Counted from the first letter of the whole stretch, positions 52,849 to 63,656 are shown. The stretch is 63,656 nucleotides of DNA, filler included, from Octopus bimaculoides (GCF_001194135.2; 4 parts of 4 records of this genome joined end to end with filler, not necessarily neighbours in it), one strand, 5' to 3'. A program made the numbers and translations. Notes: generated by a model not told the origin, from the sequence alone.

Positions 52849-52940
52849 TTAGGAACAGCTCAGTCGGTTGAGCATCAAACTTTTAAGACTCTTTCTAAGA
52901 AGGAATCAGAGGGTTGCGGGCTCGACTCTTCCCAGTTTTT
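52849..52940 (+). tRNA. tRNA-Lys(UUU)-like pseudogene with a 19-nt intron at 37/38
   Basis: AGCTCAGTCGGTTGAGCATCAAACTTTTA|19 nt|ATCAGAGGG matches eukaryotic tRNA-Lys(TTT) AGCTCAGTCGGTAGAGCATCAGACTTTTA-ATCTGAGGG. D-stem intact; acceptor TTAGGAA / TTCCCAG pairs 6 of 7; TTTTT follows. T-arm and anticodon stem are damaged. Confidence 0.55.
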
Positions 52941-53034
52941 CCGGTCATTTCAAATGCAAGAACTTTCAACCGAATCCAAATCTCCAAACAATAAATCTCA
53001 TTTACTTTTATTCATTTTTATACCACTTTCAAGA

Positions 53035-53195
53035 TTGTATGGTAAGAAGCTTCCTATCCAACTACATGATTCGGAGTTCTCCCCCACTGCGTGGTGCCCT
53101 GGGTTAGTACTGTCTTCTACAATAGCTTCGGGACGGCCAAAGCTTTGTGAGTGGATTTGGTAAACGGAAACAAGAAGAAGCCCGTCGTATATATA
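53035..53195 (+). mobile_element. tRNA-derived SINE family A, 5' half
   Basis: TGGTAAGAAGCTTCCTATCCAAC.ACATG..CCCACTGCGTGGTGCCCTGGG..GTCTTCTACAATAGC..GTGAGTGGATTTGGTAAACGGAAAC..GAAGCCCGTCGTATATA. Confidence 0.75.
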
Positions 53196-53495
53196 TAAAG
53201 ACTTTTCTATTCTTCCGGAGCGTTAAACTAATACACCAGCCTGTTGTTCTTCCTCCGTCACCTGTCTTCATCTTTCGTAAATTTGAACTCTGTGTGTGTG
53301 TGTGTTTGTGTGTGTGCGTGTGTGTATAAGTGCGTATAGGAAACGTGCACAACTTTAATTCTTTGTTTCCCTAAGCCGCCAAATAAATTACTTCGATACG
53401 TTAGCTTTACAGTCTTCTAGAGCACCGTTCTTCCAAACGTTCACCCCTCTGACTAACGTAGCATACACATGTGTAAGTGTCTGTGTGTATGCACC

Positions 53496-53533
<38 letters not shown>

Positions 53534-53535
53534 CA

Positions 53536-53834
53536 AATGGAGAAGAACTGGGGCGAAATAACGACTAGGGTGGTCACTCTCACCCGGCAATGGGCCGAGA
53601 GGAAGCTATCCCTAAAAGGTCGGGTGGGGGTTGGCGAACGCGTACATTGCATCCTTTCAAGTTCGTGCCTCACAGCGTTCATACACACATAATTTTTCTC
53701 GTCTGGCCGTAAAGCCTTTTCTGTTTGTTTTCCTGTCTTGTTTTTTGTCCGCCACTACATTCCTCCATGGCAAGATTTAATTTGTGTATACAAATTTAAT
53801 TTGCGGTCCATGGGAAGAGCCGTTTTAACGATTC
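53536..53834 (+). mobile_element. L1/Tx1-type LINE ORF2 fragment
   Basis: EKNWGEITTRVVTLTRQWAERKLSLKGR, then (frameshift) ANAYIAS, matching the post-RT NW.......W..R.LSL.GR motif of L1/Tx1 ORF2. Confidence 0.6.
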
Positions 53835-56042
53835 NNNNNNNNNNNNNNNNNNNNNNNNNNNNNNNNNNNNNNNNNNNNNNNNNNNNNNNNNNNNNNNNNN
53901 NNNNNNNNNNNNNNNNNNNNNNNNNNNNNNNNNNNNNNNNNNNNNNNNNNNNNNNNNNNNNNNNNNNNNNNNNNNNNNNNNNNNNNNNNNNNNNNNNNNN
54001 NNNNNNNNNNNNNNNNNNNNNNNNNNNNNNNNNNNNNNNNNNNNNNNNNNNNNNNNNNNNNNNNNNNNNNNNNNNNNNNNNNNNNNNNNNNNNNNNNNNN
54101 NNNNNNNNNNNNNNNNNNNNNNNNNNNNNNNNNNNNNNNNNNNNNNNNNNNNNNNNNNNNNNNNNNNNNNNNNNNNNNNNNNNNNNNNNNNNNNNNNNNN
54201 NNNNNNNNNNNNNNNNNNNNNNNNNNNNNNNNNNNNNNNNNNNNNNNNNNNNNNNNNNNNNNNNNNNNNNNNNNNNNNNNNNNNNNNNNNNNNNNNNNNN
54301 NNNNNNNNNNNNNNNNNNNNNNNNNNNNNNNNNNNNNNNNNNNNNNNNNNNNTGTGTGTGTGTAGTTCTATATTTAAGAAATGAGGAATTATGTACATTA
54401 TTTACATTTGACGGATATTTCTTGAGGCCTCCTTTAGATTTGCAGACCTTATGGATAGTTTATTTCTAGAAAATAGAATCTTGTTTATGAGTGTCAGTCT
54501 TAGATAATTTGTCTCTCTAATCTTACTATTTTTCATATTTATTGAGGTTTTCTTGTAATCTTTTTTTTTTATGCATGATAAAATACTTTCTGCTAGCTTT
54601 GGGAAGAAATTTTCACTTATGCACGAAATACATATACGCGCGCGCGCGCGTGTATGTGTGTGTTTTTGTGTGTATGTGTGTATGTATATGTACATATATA
54701 TGTATTTATGCACGTATGTATATACATAATTATATATACATACGTAAATACATACACACACATTCGTATATGTATGTTTACATACATGCCAACATACATC
54801 CACGCCCACACAAATATATGCACACATATGTGCGCGCTTGTAAATATATGCATGTGTGTGACTGCGTATATGAGTGTATATGTATTCTTATATGTATGTG
54901 TATATATATATATATATANNNNNNNNNNCATACATACATACATACATGCACACATATATACATACATGCATACATACAGACATACATGCATGCATGCATA
55001 CATAAATGCATACATAAGTACATACATACATACGTACGTACGTGTGTACATACATACATACATACATACACACGCATATATATATATATATATATANNNN
55101 NNNNNNNNNNNNNNNNNNNNNNNNNNNNNNNNNNNNNNNNNNNNNNNNNNNNNNNNNNNNNNNNNNNNNNNNNNNNNNNNNNNNNNNNNNNNNNNNNNNN
55201 NNNNNNNNNNNNNNNNNNNNNNNNNNNNNNNNNNNNNNNNNNNNNNNNNNNNNNNNNNNNNNNNNNNNNNNNNNNNNNNNNNNNNNNNNNNNNNNNNNNN
55301 NNNNNNNNNNNNNNNNNNNNNNNNNNNNNNNNNNNNNNNNNNNNNNNNNNNNNNNNNNNNNNNNNNNNNNNNNNNNNNNNNNNNNNNNNNNNNNNNNNNN
55401 NNNNNNNNNNNNNNNNNNNNNNNNNNNNNNNNNNNNNNNNNNNNNNNNNNNNNNNNNNNNNNNNNNNNNNNNNNNNNNNNNNNNNNNNNNNNNNNNNNNN
55501 NNNNNNNNNNNNNNNNNNNNNNNNNNNNNNNNNNNNNNNNNNNNNNNNNNNNNNNNNNNNNNNNNNNNNNNNNNNNNNNNNNNNNNNNNNNNNNNNNNNN
55601 NNNNNNNNNNNNNNNNNNNNNNNNNNNNNNNNNNNNNNNNNNNNNNNNNNNNNNNNNNNNNNNNNNNNNNNNNNNNNNNNNNNNNNNNNNNNNNNNNNNN
55701 NNNNNNNNNNNNNNNNNNNNNNNNNNNNNNNNNNNNNNNNNNNNNNNNNNNNNNNNNNNNNNNNNNNNNNNNNNNNNNNNNNNNNNNNNNNNNNNNNNNN
55801 NNNNNNNNNNNNNNNNNNNNNNNNNNNNNNNNNNNNNNNNNNNNNNNNNNNNNNNNNNNNNNNNNNNNNNNNNNNNNNNNNNNNNNNNNNNNNNNNNNNN
55901 NNNNNNNNNNNNNNNNNNNNNNNNNNNNNNNNNNNNNNNNNNNNNNNNNNNNNNNNNNNNNNNNNNNNNNNNNNNNNNNNNNNNNNNNNNNNNNNNNNNN
56001 NNNNNNNNNNNNNNNNNNNNNNNNNNNNNNNNNNNNNNNNNN

Positions 56043-56325
56043 ACCACCACCACCACCACCATCACCACAACCACCACCACCACCGGAACCGCCATCCACC
56101 GCTACCTGCCTATCATCACCTCTAACATCGCCACTACCACCACCACCACCACTACCACTACCACAGATAACATCATCATCATCGCGATTATCTTCACGAT
56201 CCTCATGGTCCTCATTGTTATTGTAGTGGTCATGGCCAGCGCGGCCATGGCTACGGTGGTCACCGCCACCACCGTAGCCTCCACCCCGGTCTCCCCACCC
56301 CCATCATCACCATCATCATTCCACA
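56043..56325. repeat. Degenerate (ACC)/(ATC) trinucleotide array
   Basis: Direct read. Confidence 0.85.
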
Positions 56326-56857
56326 GAAACAGCGGGTCGTCACACAGAATGTGTTGTGAAATTTTATGGACGTTCTTTCATAGCTTAAGCTCAAATCCTT
56401 GCGGGATCCATTTAGTTTTTCCTTCTCCCGTGGATCAGTCAAAGTCAAAATAACTAGAATGATTTAATTGAATTTTTGTTTACAAATGCAAATGAAAGAA
56501 AAACAAAACATGGCTATAACTTATATATAAAAAATAACAACTTTGGACACGTATATTTATTGCTGTACATATTGTAAGATATGTTTATACATTCATGTAC
56601 ACGCACACACACACACACATGCAAGCATGCATACACACACATACACACACACATACAATATATATGCGCATATGTAAGTATGTACATGTGCATGTATATA
56701 AGTATATACATACATATATTTCATAGTGTTGTTTTTATAAACAGAATTGTAAAGCACGACATCGCTTACCAAATCATCGCAGAAAACGCACATGTTTGTT
56801 TATGAAAACAACACTATGAAATTATAGTTATCAAATCCGACAGAACGTAGCAAGAGT

Positions 56858-56990
56858 GTACGTTGGTGTAATGGCAGCACAGTTGCCGTGAAAACATAGC
56901 CATATGGGTTAGGGTCCCACGCGTACGGAAACTCAACTTCGTTTTCCGTCGAGGGCTTATAAGTCCCAGTATTAGACTATTTTCTTTAGT
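56858..56990 (+). mobile_element. Possible degenerate tRNA-Gly-like SINE head
   Basis: CGTTGGTGTAATGGCAGCACAGTTGCC...GGGTTAGGGTCCC resembles tRNA-Gly(TCC) CGTTGGTGGTATAGTGG..AGCATAGCTGCC...GGGTTCGATTCCC. Confidence 0.3.
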
Positions 56991-57026
56991 CAATACACGG
57001 CGATCGCTTAGAAGCTTATACAATAT

Positions 57027-57187
57027 GAGAGTGGCTGTGTGGTAAGTAGCTTGCTCACCAACCTCATGGTTCTGGGTTCAGTACTACTGTGTGGTACCTT
57101 GGGCAAGTTTTCTTCTACTATAGCCTCGGGCCGACCAACGCCTTGTGAATTGATTTGGGAGACGGAAACTAAAAGAAGCCCGTCGTA

Positions 57188-57218
<31 letters not shown>

Positions 57219-57295
57219 TTGTGTGACTGTGTTGGTACCCCAGCGTCGTTTGACAACCGACGTTGGTGTGTTTACGTCCCCGTTTACGCTGGCAC
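57027..57295 (+). mobile_element. tRNA-derived SINE family A with an internal (TATATG)n, truncated by a (GAT)n array
   Basis: GAGTGGCTGTGTGGTAAGTAGCTTGCT..GGGTTCAGT..ACCTTGGGCAAG..CTACTATAGCCTCGGGCCGACC..GAAGCCCGTCG-(TATATG)n-..TTGACAACCGACGTTGGTGTGTTTACGTCCCCGT. Confidence 0.85.
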
Positions 57296-57297
57296 GC

Positions 57298-57378
57298 TGA
57301 TGACAATAATTGTGATGAATATAGTGATGATGATAATGATAATGATGATAATAATGATGAAGATGATGATGATGATGC

Positions 57379-57415
<37 letters not shown>

Positions 57416-57507
57416 ATTGGTGGTCATGCTTAAAATGAAGATGATGATGGTGACGATGAAGTTGATTATGTCGATTGTGATGGTAATTATGATGCTTAAG
57501 ATGATGG

Positions 57508-57539
<32 letters not shown>

Positions 57540-57551
57540 GTGATGATAATG

Positions 57552-57583
<32 letters not shown>

Positions 57584-57756
57584 GATGATTATCATTTCGA
57601 CGACGATGATGATGATGATAATAAAGATGATGTCGATTGAGAAGACTGTGATGATGACAACTATGACAACGGTAGCAATGCTAAGGATAATTGATGATAA
57701 TGATGATCATGATGATGATGGTGCTGAAGGTGGTGGTGGTGGTGGTGGTGGTGGAG
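57298..57756. repeat. Degenerate (GAT)n array ending in (GGT)n
   Basis: Direct read. Confidence 0.9.
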
Positions 57757-58119
57757 ATTCTAGCAATGTAGATGCTAATTTCCTCACACTCATTTCACCG
57801 AATTAAAATGGAATTTAAATAAATTATTACACATACAACCTCTCTCCCTTCCTCTTACCCTCCCTCCCTCTTACCCTCCTTTCCTCTCTTGCTCCTTCAG
57901 ACACACAGACAGACAACAGCTAACAAACAAATAAGCTCACCAGCCGACCTGTCCACCAACCGACCAGCCAGCCTATCAATAAATAACAAAAACTATAACA
58001 AACAATAAAACAAATTTCTAAACAGAAAAAAAATAAAAATAAATAAATGAACAAAATAAATGAATGAATAAACACATAAATAAATAAAACCAAAAAATAT
58101 GAAAAAAGTACATATAATG

Positions 58120-58710
58120 TCATCACCGCCACCACCACCACCACCACCACCACCACCACCACCACCACCACCACCACCACTATTACATGCATGGCATACC
58201 TCATAGCACTACTAACACTATTATCAACGCATACACCATACTATCACCGTTCGCAAACACATGTACCACACCAACTCCACCACTACCAACACATACGCCA
58301 CACCACCGTACCGCTATTATTCAACATGCACCACACCAGCTCCATCACTACCACCACAACCATCATCACCATCAACACAACTACCACCACCACCACCACC
58401 GCCACCATCACCACCACCACCACTACCAGAACCACCACTGTATCTACTACCATTAGCACCAATACCACTGTTACTGCCATCAGCACCAGCACCATCACCA
58501 CTACCACCAACACAATTCCATCACGACTTCCACTATCACCACCACAACCGTTACATACATCAACACCACCAATACCACCACCACAACTGCCTCATGAACT
58601 ACGTCACTTCCCCATCGCCTCCCCCACCACTATTGCAACTACTATCTTTACTACCACCACCACCACTTCCATCACCACCCACCACAATTACTACTACTCC
58701 TACTACTTCC
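58120..58710. repeat. Degenerate (CAC)/(CAT)/(TAC) trinucleotide array
   Basis: Direct read. Confidence 0.9.
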
Positions 58711-58744
58711 AGAATGAACACTAACTTCACCCTTTAAGGACCAC

Positions 58745-58952
58745 CTTCGTGGTCGCTCGTCCGGAAAGAAATAACAGCCAAATTGTCCTTGATTTATATC
58801 CTACCAAACTACAAAAGGTCTCGTTTGATAACGTAATACTGGCCTCCCTGCTCATAGGAAAAAAATCGGGGTGGTCACGGCTGGAACGCCCTTAAGCATA
58901 GGTCTTATCGATGAGATCTTACCTGGGGATAAACAACGAAATTGCAATAACA
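58745..58952 (+). mobile_element. Interspersed repeat fragment (family E)
   Basis: GTGGTC..AGAAATAACAGCCAAAT resembles 37145-37180; GGTGGTCACGGCTGGAA..CTTACCTGGGGATAAACAAC resembles GCTGACCTGGGGTTAA at 59707-59722. Confidence 0.45.
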
Positions 58953-58995
58953 ACTAAAGCAAGAAGACAATGAAGAGAATGCAATATGTCCAGAA

Positions 58996-59530
58996 CAGTG
59001 ATTCTCACCCAAGGTCCATGTGACCCTTAAGGGGCCTATATGACCTTTAGGGGTTCACATGACCCTTGGAGGTGGGGCATATAACATTTTGTAAAAATTT
59101 GTGTAATAAATTGGTTATAGCTTCCCAATACACAAGATATTTTAACAATTTTTTAATACAGTTTCTAATTATGTTTAATTATAAAAATGCAGTAAGATTA
59201 TTATACACTGGGTGGCCCAAAAGTAGGTTTACAGTTATTCAACTACCTCTTTCGCATTCATGTATTAAGAGTTTAGATCTTAATTATAAAAAAAAAATAA
59301 AACCATTATTTAATGCTAATTTAGTTAATTTTGTCAAGCTCCCTTTTCAGTTTGTAAGATAGAAATTTAAATGTAATAAATTGTTTTAAATGAAATTTAG
59401 AGTGCTTACGTGATAACTGTAAACCGACATTTGGGCCAATCCTGTATATACAGCAAATAGCTATGAGGGTCCAGTAAAGTAAAATAGGGATCAAAGGGGT
59501 TCATAGTTAAAAAGTGGTTGAGAACCACTG
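58996..59530. mobile_element. hAT (Charlie-like) MITE, 535 bp
   Basis: TIRs CAGTGATTCTCACCC / GGTTGAGAACCACTG. 8-bp flanks GTCCAGAA / GTCTAGAG (6 of 8 identical; NTCTAGAN-type target). Subterminal ~20-bp repeats (ATGACCC/TTT..GGGG x3) at 59013-59071. Confidence 0.85.
59206..59444. mobile_element. Tc1/mariner-superfamily MITE nested in the hAT MITE
   Basis: TIRs CACTGGGTGGCCCAAAAGTAGGTTTACAGTTAT / ATAACTGTAAACCGACATTTGGGCCAATCCTG; TA flanks at 59204-05 and 59445-46. Confidence 0.8.
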
Positions 59531-59811
59531 GTCTAGAGTATCACAGTTCTGCACCGGACACCAGTATTCATTGCGTATACTCCGAGTAAGAAGTATGATA
59601 CTCATCTAGGTGGAGGCGTAATATAACTGGGACAGCATAGGAGAATCGTTTCTAATTGTTCAGCCGACTGTTTATATCCTATAGATTTACTGGTTAGCTA
59701 GTTCAAGGCTGACCTGGGGTTAATGAAAAAGACGGAGGAGAGAGAGAGAGTAAATAGATACATACAGATATACTAGTATGTATATGTATATATGCACACA
59801 CACACACACAC

Positions 59812-59852
<41 letters not shown>

Positions 59853-59948
59853 TACGAACATATACATGCTACTATATATCTATATATGTATGTATGTATG
59901 TATCTATGTATGTATCTATGTATGTATGTCTGTGTGTATGTATGCATG

Positions 59949-59995
<47 letters not shown>

Positions 59996-60349
59996 GTATA
60001 CACATACAAACACACACACACACACACACACGTACATGTGCACATACACGCATACGTACACATTCACACATGAACACATACATACGCACAACATATGGAA
60101 CAGGCAGTATTGGAAGTTTATTACAGTTTGAGAAAGGAACAAAGAGAGAGTGGGAGAGAATGATATAGACACACATACACAAAGAGAGAAAGAGAGAGAG
60201 GGAGAGAGAGGGAGAGAGAAAGTGAGTGAGAGAGAGAAAGGGAGAATAAGAGAGCGCGGAGGATAAAAATAGAGTGAAAACGAGAGAGAAAAAGAGAGAG
60301 AGAGACATTGAAAGAATGAGATACACACACATACAAACGCGTGCGTACG

Positions 60350-60415
<66 letters not shown>

Positions 60416-60959
60416 NNNNNNNNNNNNNNNNNNNNNNNNNNNNNNNNNNNNNNNNNNNNNNNNNNNNNNNNNNNNNNNNNNNNNNNNNNNNNNNNNNNNN
60501 NNNNNNNNNNNNNNNNNNNNNNNNNNNNNNNNNNNNNNNNNNNNNNNNNNNNNNNNNNNNNNNNNNNNNNNNNNNNNNNNNNNNNNNNNNNNNNNNNNNN
60601 NNNNNNNNNNNNNNNNNNNNNNNNNNNNNNNNNNNNNNNNNNNNNNNNNNNNNNNNNNNNNNNNNNNNNNNNNNNNNNNNNNNNNNNNNNNNNNNNNNNN
60701 NNNNNNNNNNNNNNNNNNNNNNNNNNNNNNNNNNNNNNNNNNNNNNNNNNNNNNNNNNNNNNNNNNNNNNNNNNNNNNNNNNNNNNNNNNNNNNNNNNNN
60801 NNNNNNNNNNNNNNNNNNNNNNNNNNNNNNNNNNNNNNNNNNNNNNNNNNNNNNNNNNNNNNNNNNNNNNNNNNNNNNTTAATGATGCTTTATATAATCG
60901 CGAATCTGAATTGCGGCTTGTAATAAGGATGAAGTTGATAATGAGGATATTATTCAATA

Positions 60960-60960
60960 T

Positions 60961-61012
<52 letters not shown>
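60960..61012. repeat. (TAC)n microsatellite
   Basis: Direct read. Confidence 0.95.
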
Positions 61013-61014
<2 letters not shown>

Positions 61015-61026
61015 GTAGTAGTAGTT

Positions 61027-61938
61027 TCTAATTTGGCACAAGACTAGCAACTTGTGGGGAGTGGGTAAGTCGATTACTTCAGCACTAGTGTTTAACTGGT
61101 TCACAAAAATATCGACAATGAAAGCAAAGCTCACCTTGGCGAGATTTGAACCCAAGACGTAAGGACGGACGAAATGTAGCTAAGCATTTTGCCCCGGCGG
61201 GCTAACAATTCTTTTCTACTCTAGGCACAAGGCCCGAAATTTTGGGGGAGGTGGTCAGTCGATTAGATCGATCGCAGTATGCAACTGGTAATTAAGTTTT
61301 CGACCCCGAAAGGATGAAAAGCAAAGTCAACCTCGGCGGAATTTGAACTCATAACGTAAAGACAGACGAAATACCGCTAAGCATTTCGCCCGGCTTGCTA
61401 ATGCTTTTTTTTGTACTCTAGGCGCAAGGCCCGAAATTTTGGGGGAGGGGCCAGTTGATTAGATCGACCTCAGTACGCAACTGGTACTTAATTTATCGAC
61501 TCCGAAAGGATGAAAGGAAAAGTCGACCTCGGCGGAATTTGAACTCAGAACGTAAAGACAGACGAAATACCGCTAAGCATTTCGCTCGGCGTGTTAACGA
61601 TTCTACCAGCTCGCCGCTTTACTACTGCTAATAATAATGATTTCAAAGTTTGGCACAAGGCCAGCAATTTCGAGGGAGGGGTAAGTCGATTCGACAAAGA
61701 AATGATGAAAGGCAAAGTCACTCATCTTCCTATCATAGGCAAAGGGCCTGATATACGTTGGTGTTAGGGAACTAGTCGATTATATCGACACCAGTAACCA
61801 ATACATGACTGGTACTTATTTAATCGATCATGAAAGGATGAAAGCAAAGTTCCTCGCGGCGGTATTCAGAATGTGATGCTGGAAGAAATGCCGTTAAGTA
61901 TTTAGTCCGTCGTGTAAATGATTCAGCCAATCCATCGC
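61027..61938 (-). mobile_element. Head-to-tail stack of five SINE family B units
   Basis: Units at about 61027-61210, 61211-61407, 61408-61617, 61643-61725 (partial) and 61726-61938. Each carries GGCACAAGG-like / GTCGATT / GATGAAAG..AAAGT motifs. Confidence 0.85.
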
Positions 61939-61944
61939 TGTATA

Positions 61945-61970
61945 GTTCAATAATAATAATGATGATGATG

Positions 61971-62046
<76 letters not shown>
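61945..62046. repeat. (AAT)n microsatellite
   Basis: Direct read. Confidence 0.95.
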
Positions 62047-62146
62047 NNNNNNNNNNNNNNNNNNNNNNNNNNNNNNNNNNNNNNNNNNNNTTAATTAATT
62101 AANNNNNNNNNNNNNNNNNNNNNNNNNNNNNNNNNNNNNNNNNNNN
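62047..62146. other. Artificial scaffold spacer N44-TTAATTAATTAA-N44
   Basis: Identical 100-bp construct. Confidence 0.9.
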
Positions 62147-62199
62147 CGATACCTTTTGATCGTTATCCCCATTTTTTCTCGTCCCCTCGAAAAGAAAAA

Positions 62200-62252
62200 C
62201 TCTACGTTATATTTGTCCCATCTATGTTGAGCCCTGTGTGGCTAATAAAGAA

Positions 62253-62348
<96 letters not shown>

Positions 62349-62440
62349 ATCTATCTATCTATCTATCTATAAGCTCTACTTTGTATTTTGTCCCCTCTAT
62401 GTTGAGCCCTGTGTGGCTAATAAAGAAACATATCTATCTA
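62200..62440 (+). repeat. Tandem duplication of a SINE B-type 3' tail separated by (TCTA)n/(TCTG)n
   Basis: TCTATGTTGAGCCCTGTGTGGCTAATAAAGAAA (33 bp) is identical at 62221-62253 and 62396-62428; similar to the tail at 12015-12052. Confidence 0.8.
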
Positions 62441-62831
62441 TCTCTTCATACACATATAAATATTTATACAAATATATATGGGTGTCGATGTACACAAAAA
62501 TATATGAGTGTGAGAGTGTGTACGCGTGTATGTGTGTGCATGCATAGATGTATGTTTGGTTGTGCATGCGTACATATGTGTTGTTTTTGCGTGTGTGTAT
62601 CTGTGCGTGTATGTGTGTGCCTGTGTGTGTATGTGTGTGCGTGCGCGCGCGCGAGTACAATTCGCTGTTATCACACAGCACAGCCTCAATACTACGTAAG
62701 ATAAAGACTTGGGGAGAAATATTACTTGATATTGTTAGGATATAGGGCAATTCAATGACCCAGTCTTCGAAAGATAGGATAATACTACAATTGATGAAAC
62801 GTTGCCTTCTATCTCTTATCTGGATACGTTA

Positions 62832-62871
<40 letters not shown>

Positions 62872-62990
62872 TTATATATCTATTTATTTATTTATTTATC
62901 TATCTATCTATCTTTCTGTCTGTCTTTGTGTGTCCGTGTGTCTGCCTGCCGTCTGTCTCACTGTATGTATGTATGTATGTATGCGTGTGT

Positions 62991-63142
62991 GTTCCTAATC
63001 CTGGATCGGACTGCGTGTGGTGTTCTTGAGCAAGGCACTTTATTTCACGTTGCTCCAGTTCACTCAGCTGTAGAAATGAGTTGTGACCATCACTGGTGCC
63101 AAGCTGTGTTGGACTTTGCCTTTCCCTTGGATAACATCGGAC
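62991..63142 (+). mobile_element. SINE family C (CORE-like domain)
   Basis: GTGTTCTTGAGCAAGGCACTTTATTTCACGTTGCTCCAGTTCACTCAGCTGTAGAAATGAG resembles the CORE consensus CCTTGGGCAAGTCACTTAACCTCTCTG.CCTCAGTTTCCTCATCTGTAAAATG. Confidence 0.65.
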
Positions 63143-63398
63143 GCTAGTATGTATGGGTGACTGTTAGCCTTCCATAAAAACAATCCTATGCTGTGCGTTC
63201 GCCAGTGGCAATTTTCCGGCCCGACTTGTACCTCGGAATAGGACTTTTAGGTGCACCCATGGTCATTCGTGACCGACGGAGTCGAGTTCTCTCTCTCTCT
63301 ATATATATATGTGTGTGCGTGTGTGTGAGTGTGTGTGCGCGTATATACACATACACATACATACACACACACATACACACACACACGGACAAACACAC

Positions 63399-63575
63399 AT
63401 CCTGGGCTGGATGCCGGCCCATCATAGGATTACTCAATTTTGCCTACTGAGTGGACTGCAGCAATGTGAAATGAAGTCTTGTGCTCAAGACCACAACGCG
63501 TTGCCTTGTCCAGGAATCGAAACCACAATCTTACGATCATGAATCCAACGCCCTAACCCCTAAGCCACCTACCTT
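63399..63575 (-). mobile_element. tRNA-derived SINE family C, near-complete head, CORE-like domain and 3' motif
   Basis: Reverse complement: A box TGGCTTAGGGGTTAGG, B box GGTTTCGATTCCT, then GTGGTCTTGAGCACAAGACTTCATTTCACATTGCTGCAGTCCACTCAG..TGAGTAATCCTATGATGGGCCGGCATCCAGCCCAGG. Confidence 0.8.
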
Positions 63576-63618
63576 AAAACACACATACACACACACACAC
63601 ATGTATACACACGCATAC

Positions 63619-63653
<35 letters not shown>

Positions 63654-63656
63654 TAT

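Noticed and set aside
56043-56453. Thr-rich stretch followed by a hydrophobic stretch, resembling a mucin with a transmembrane helix; includes a 12-bp GC hairpin at 56249-56279
   Set aside because: Explained by degenerate (ACC)/(ATC) arrays; all frames give low-complexity peptides and there are no splice signals.
57039-57806. 255-aa Met-rich ORF
   Set aside because: It is a SINE A copy plus a (GAT)n array read as ATG codons.
61027-61938. Repeat array superficially like a CRISPR or satellite
   Set aside because: Units are ~200-bp SINE copies without unique spacers, in a eukaryotic genome with no cas genes.

Overview
AT-rich, microsatellite-saturated animal genomic DNA with many N gaps. The SINE and repeat families look like those of an octopus (coleoid cephalopod) genome; this is inferred from pattern recognition, not a database search. 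I found no credible host protein-coding exon and no intact transposon gene. The long ORFs in the track are artefacts of N runs and simple repeats. The window is a transposon graveyard: several tRNA-derived SINE families, decayed R4/Dong-, CR1- and Tx1-type LINEs, decayed Tc1/mariner elements (mariner, Tc3-like, maT/DD37D, a DD36E-spaced Tc1), MITEs (hAT and Tc1/mariner) and three foldback palindromes. The most notable items are: (1) a minimal type I hammerhead ribozyme in a Penelope-type terminal repeat (42283-42328); (2) a decayed tRNA-Lys(UUU)-like gene with a canonical-position intron (52849-52940); (3) a head-to-tail stack of five SINEs, two of whose junctions fall at the same A-box site (61027-61938); (4) a palindrome of at least 0.85 kb (48008-48853). 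Three N44-TTAATTAATTAA-N44 spacers show the window joins four separately assembled pieces.
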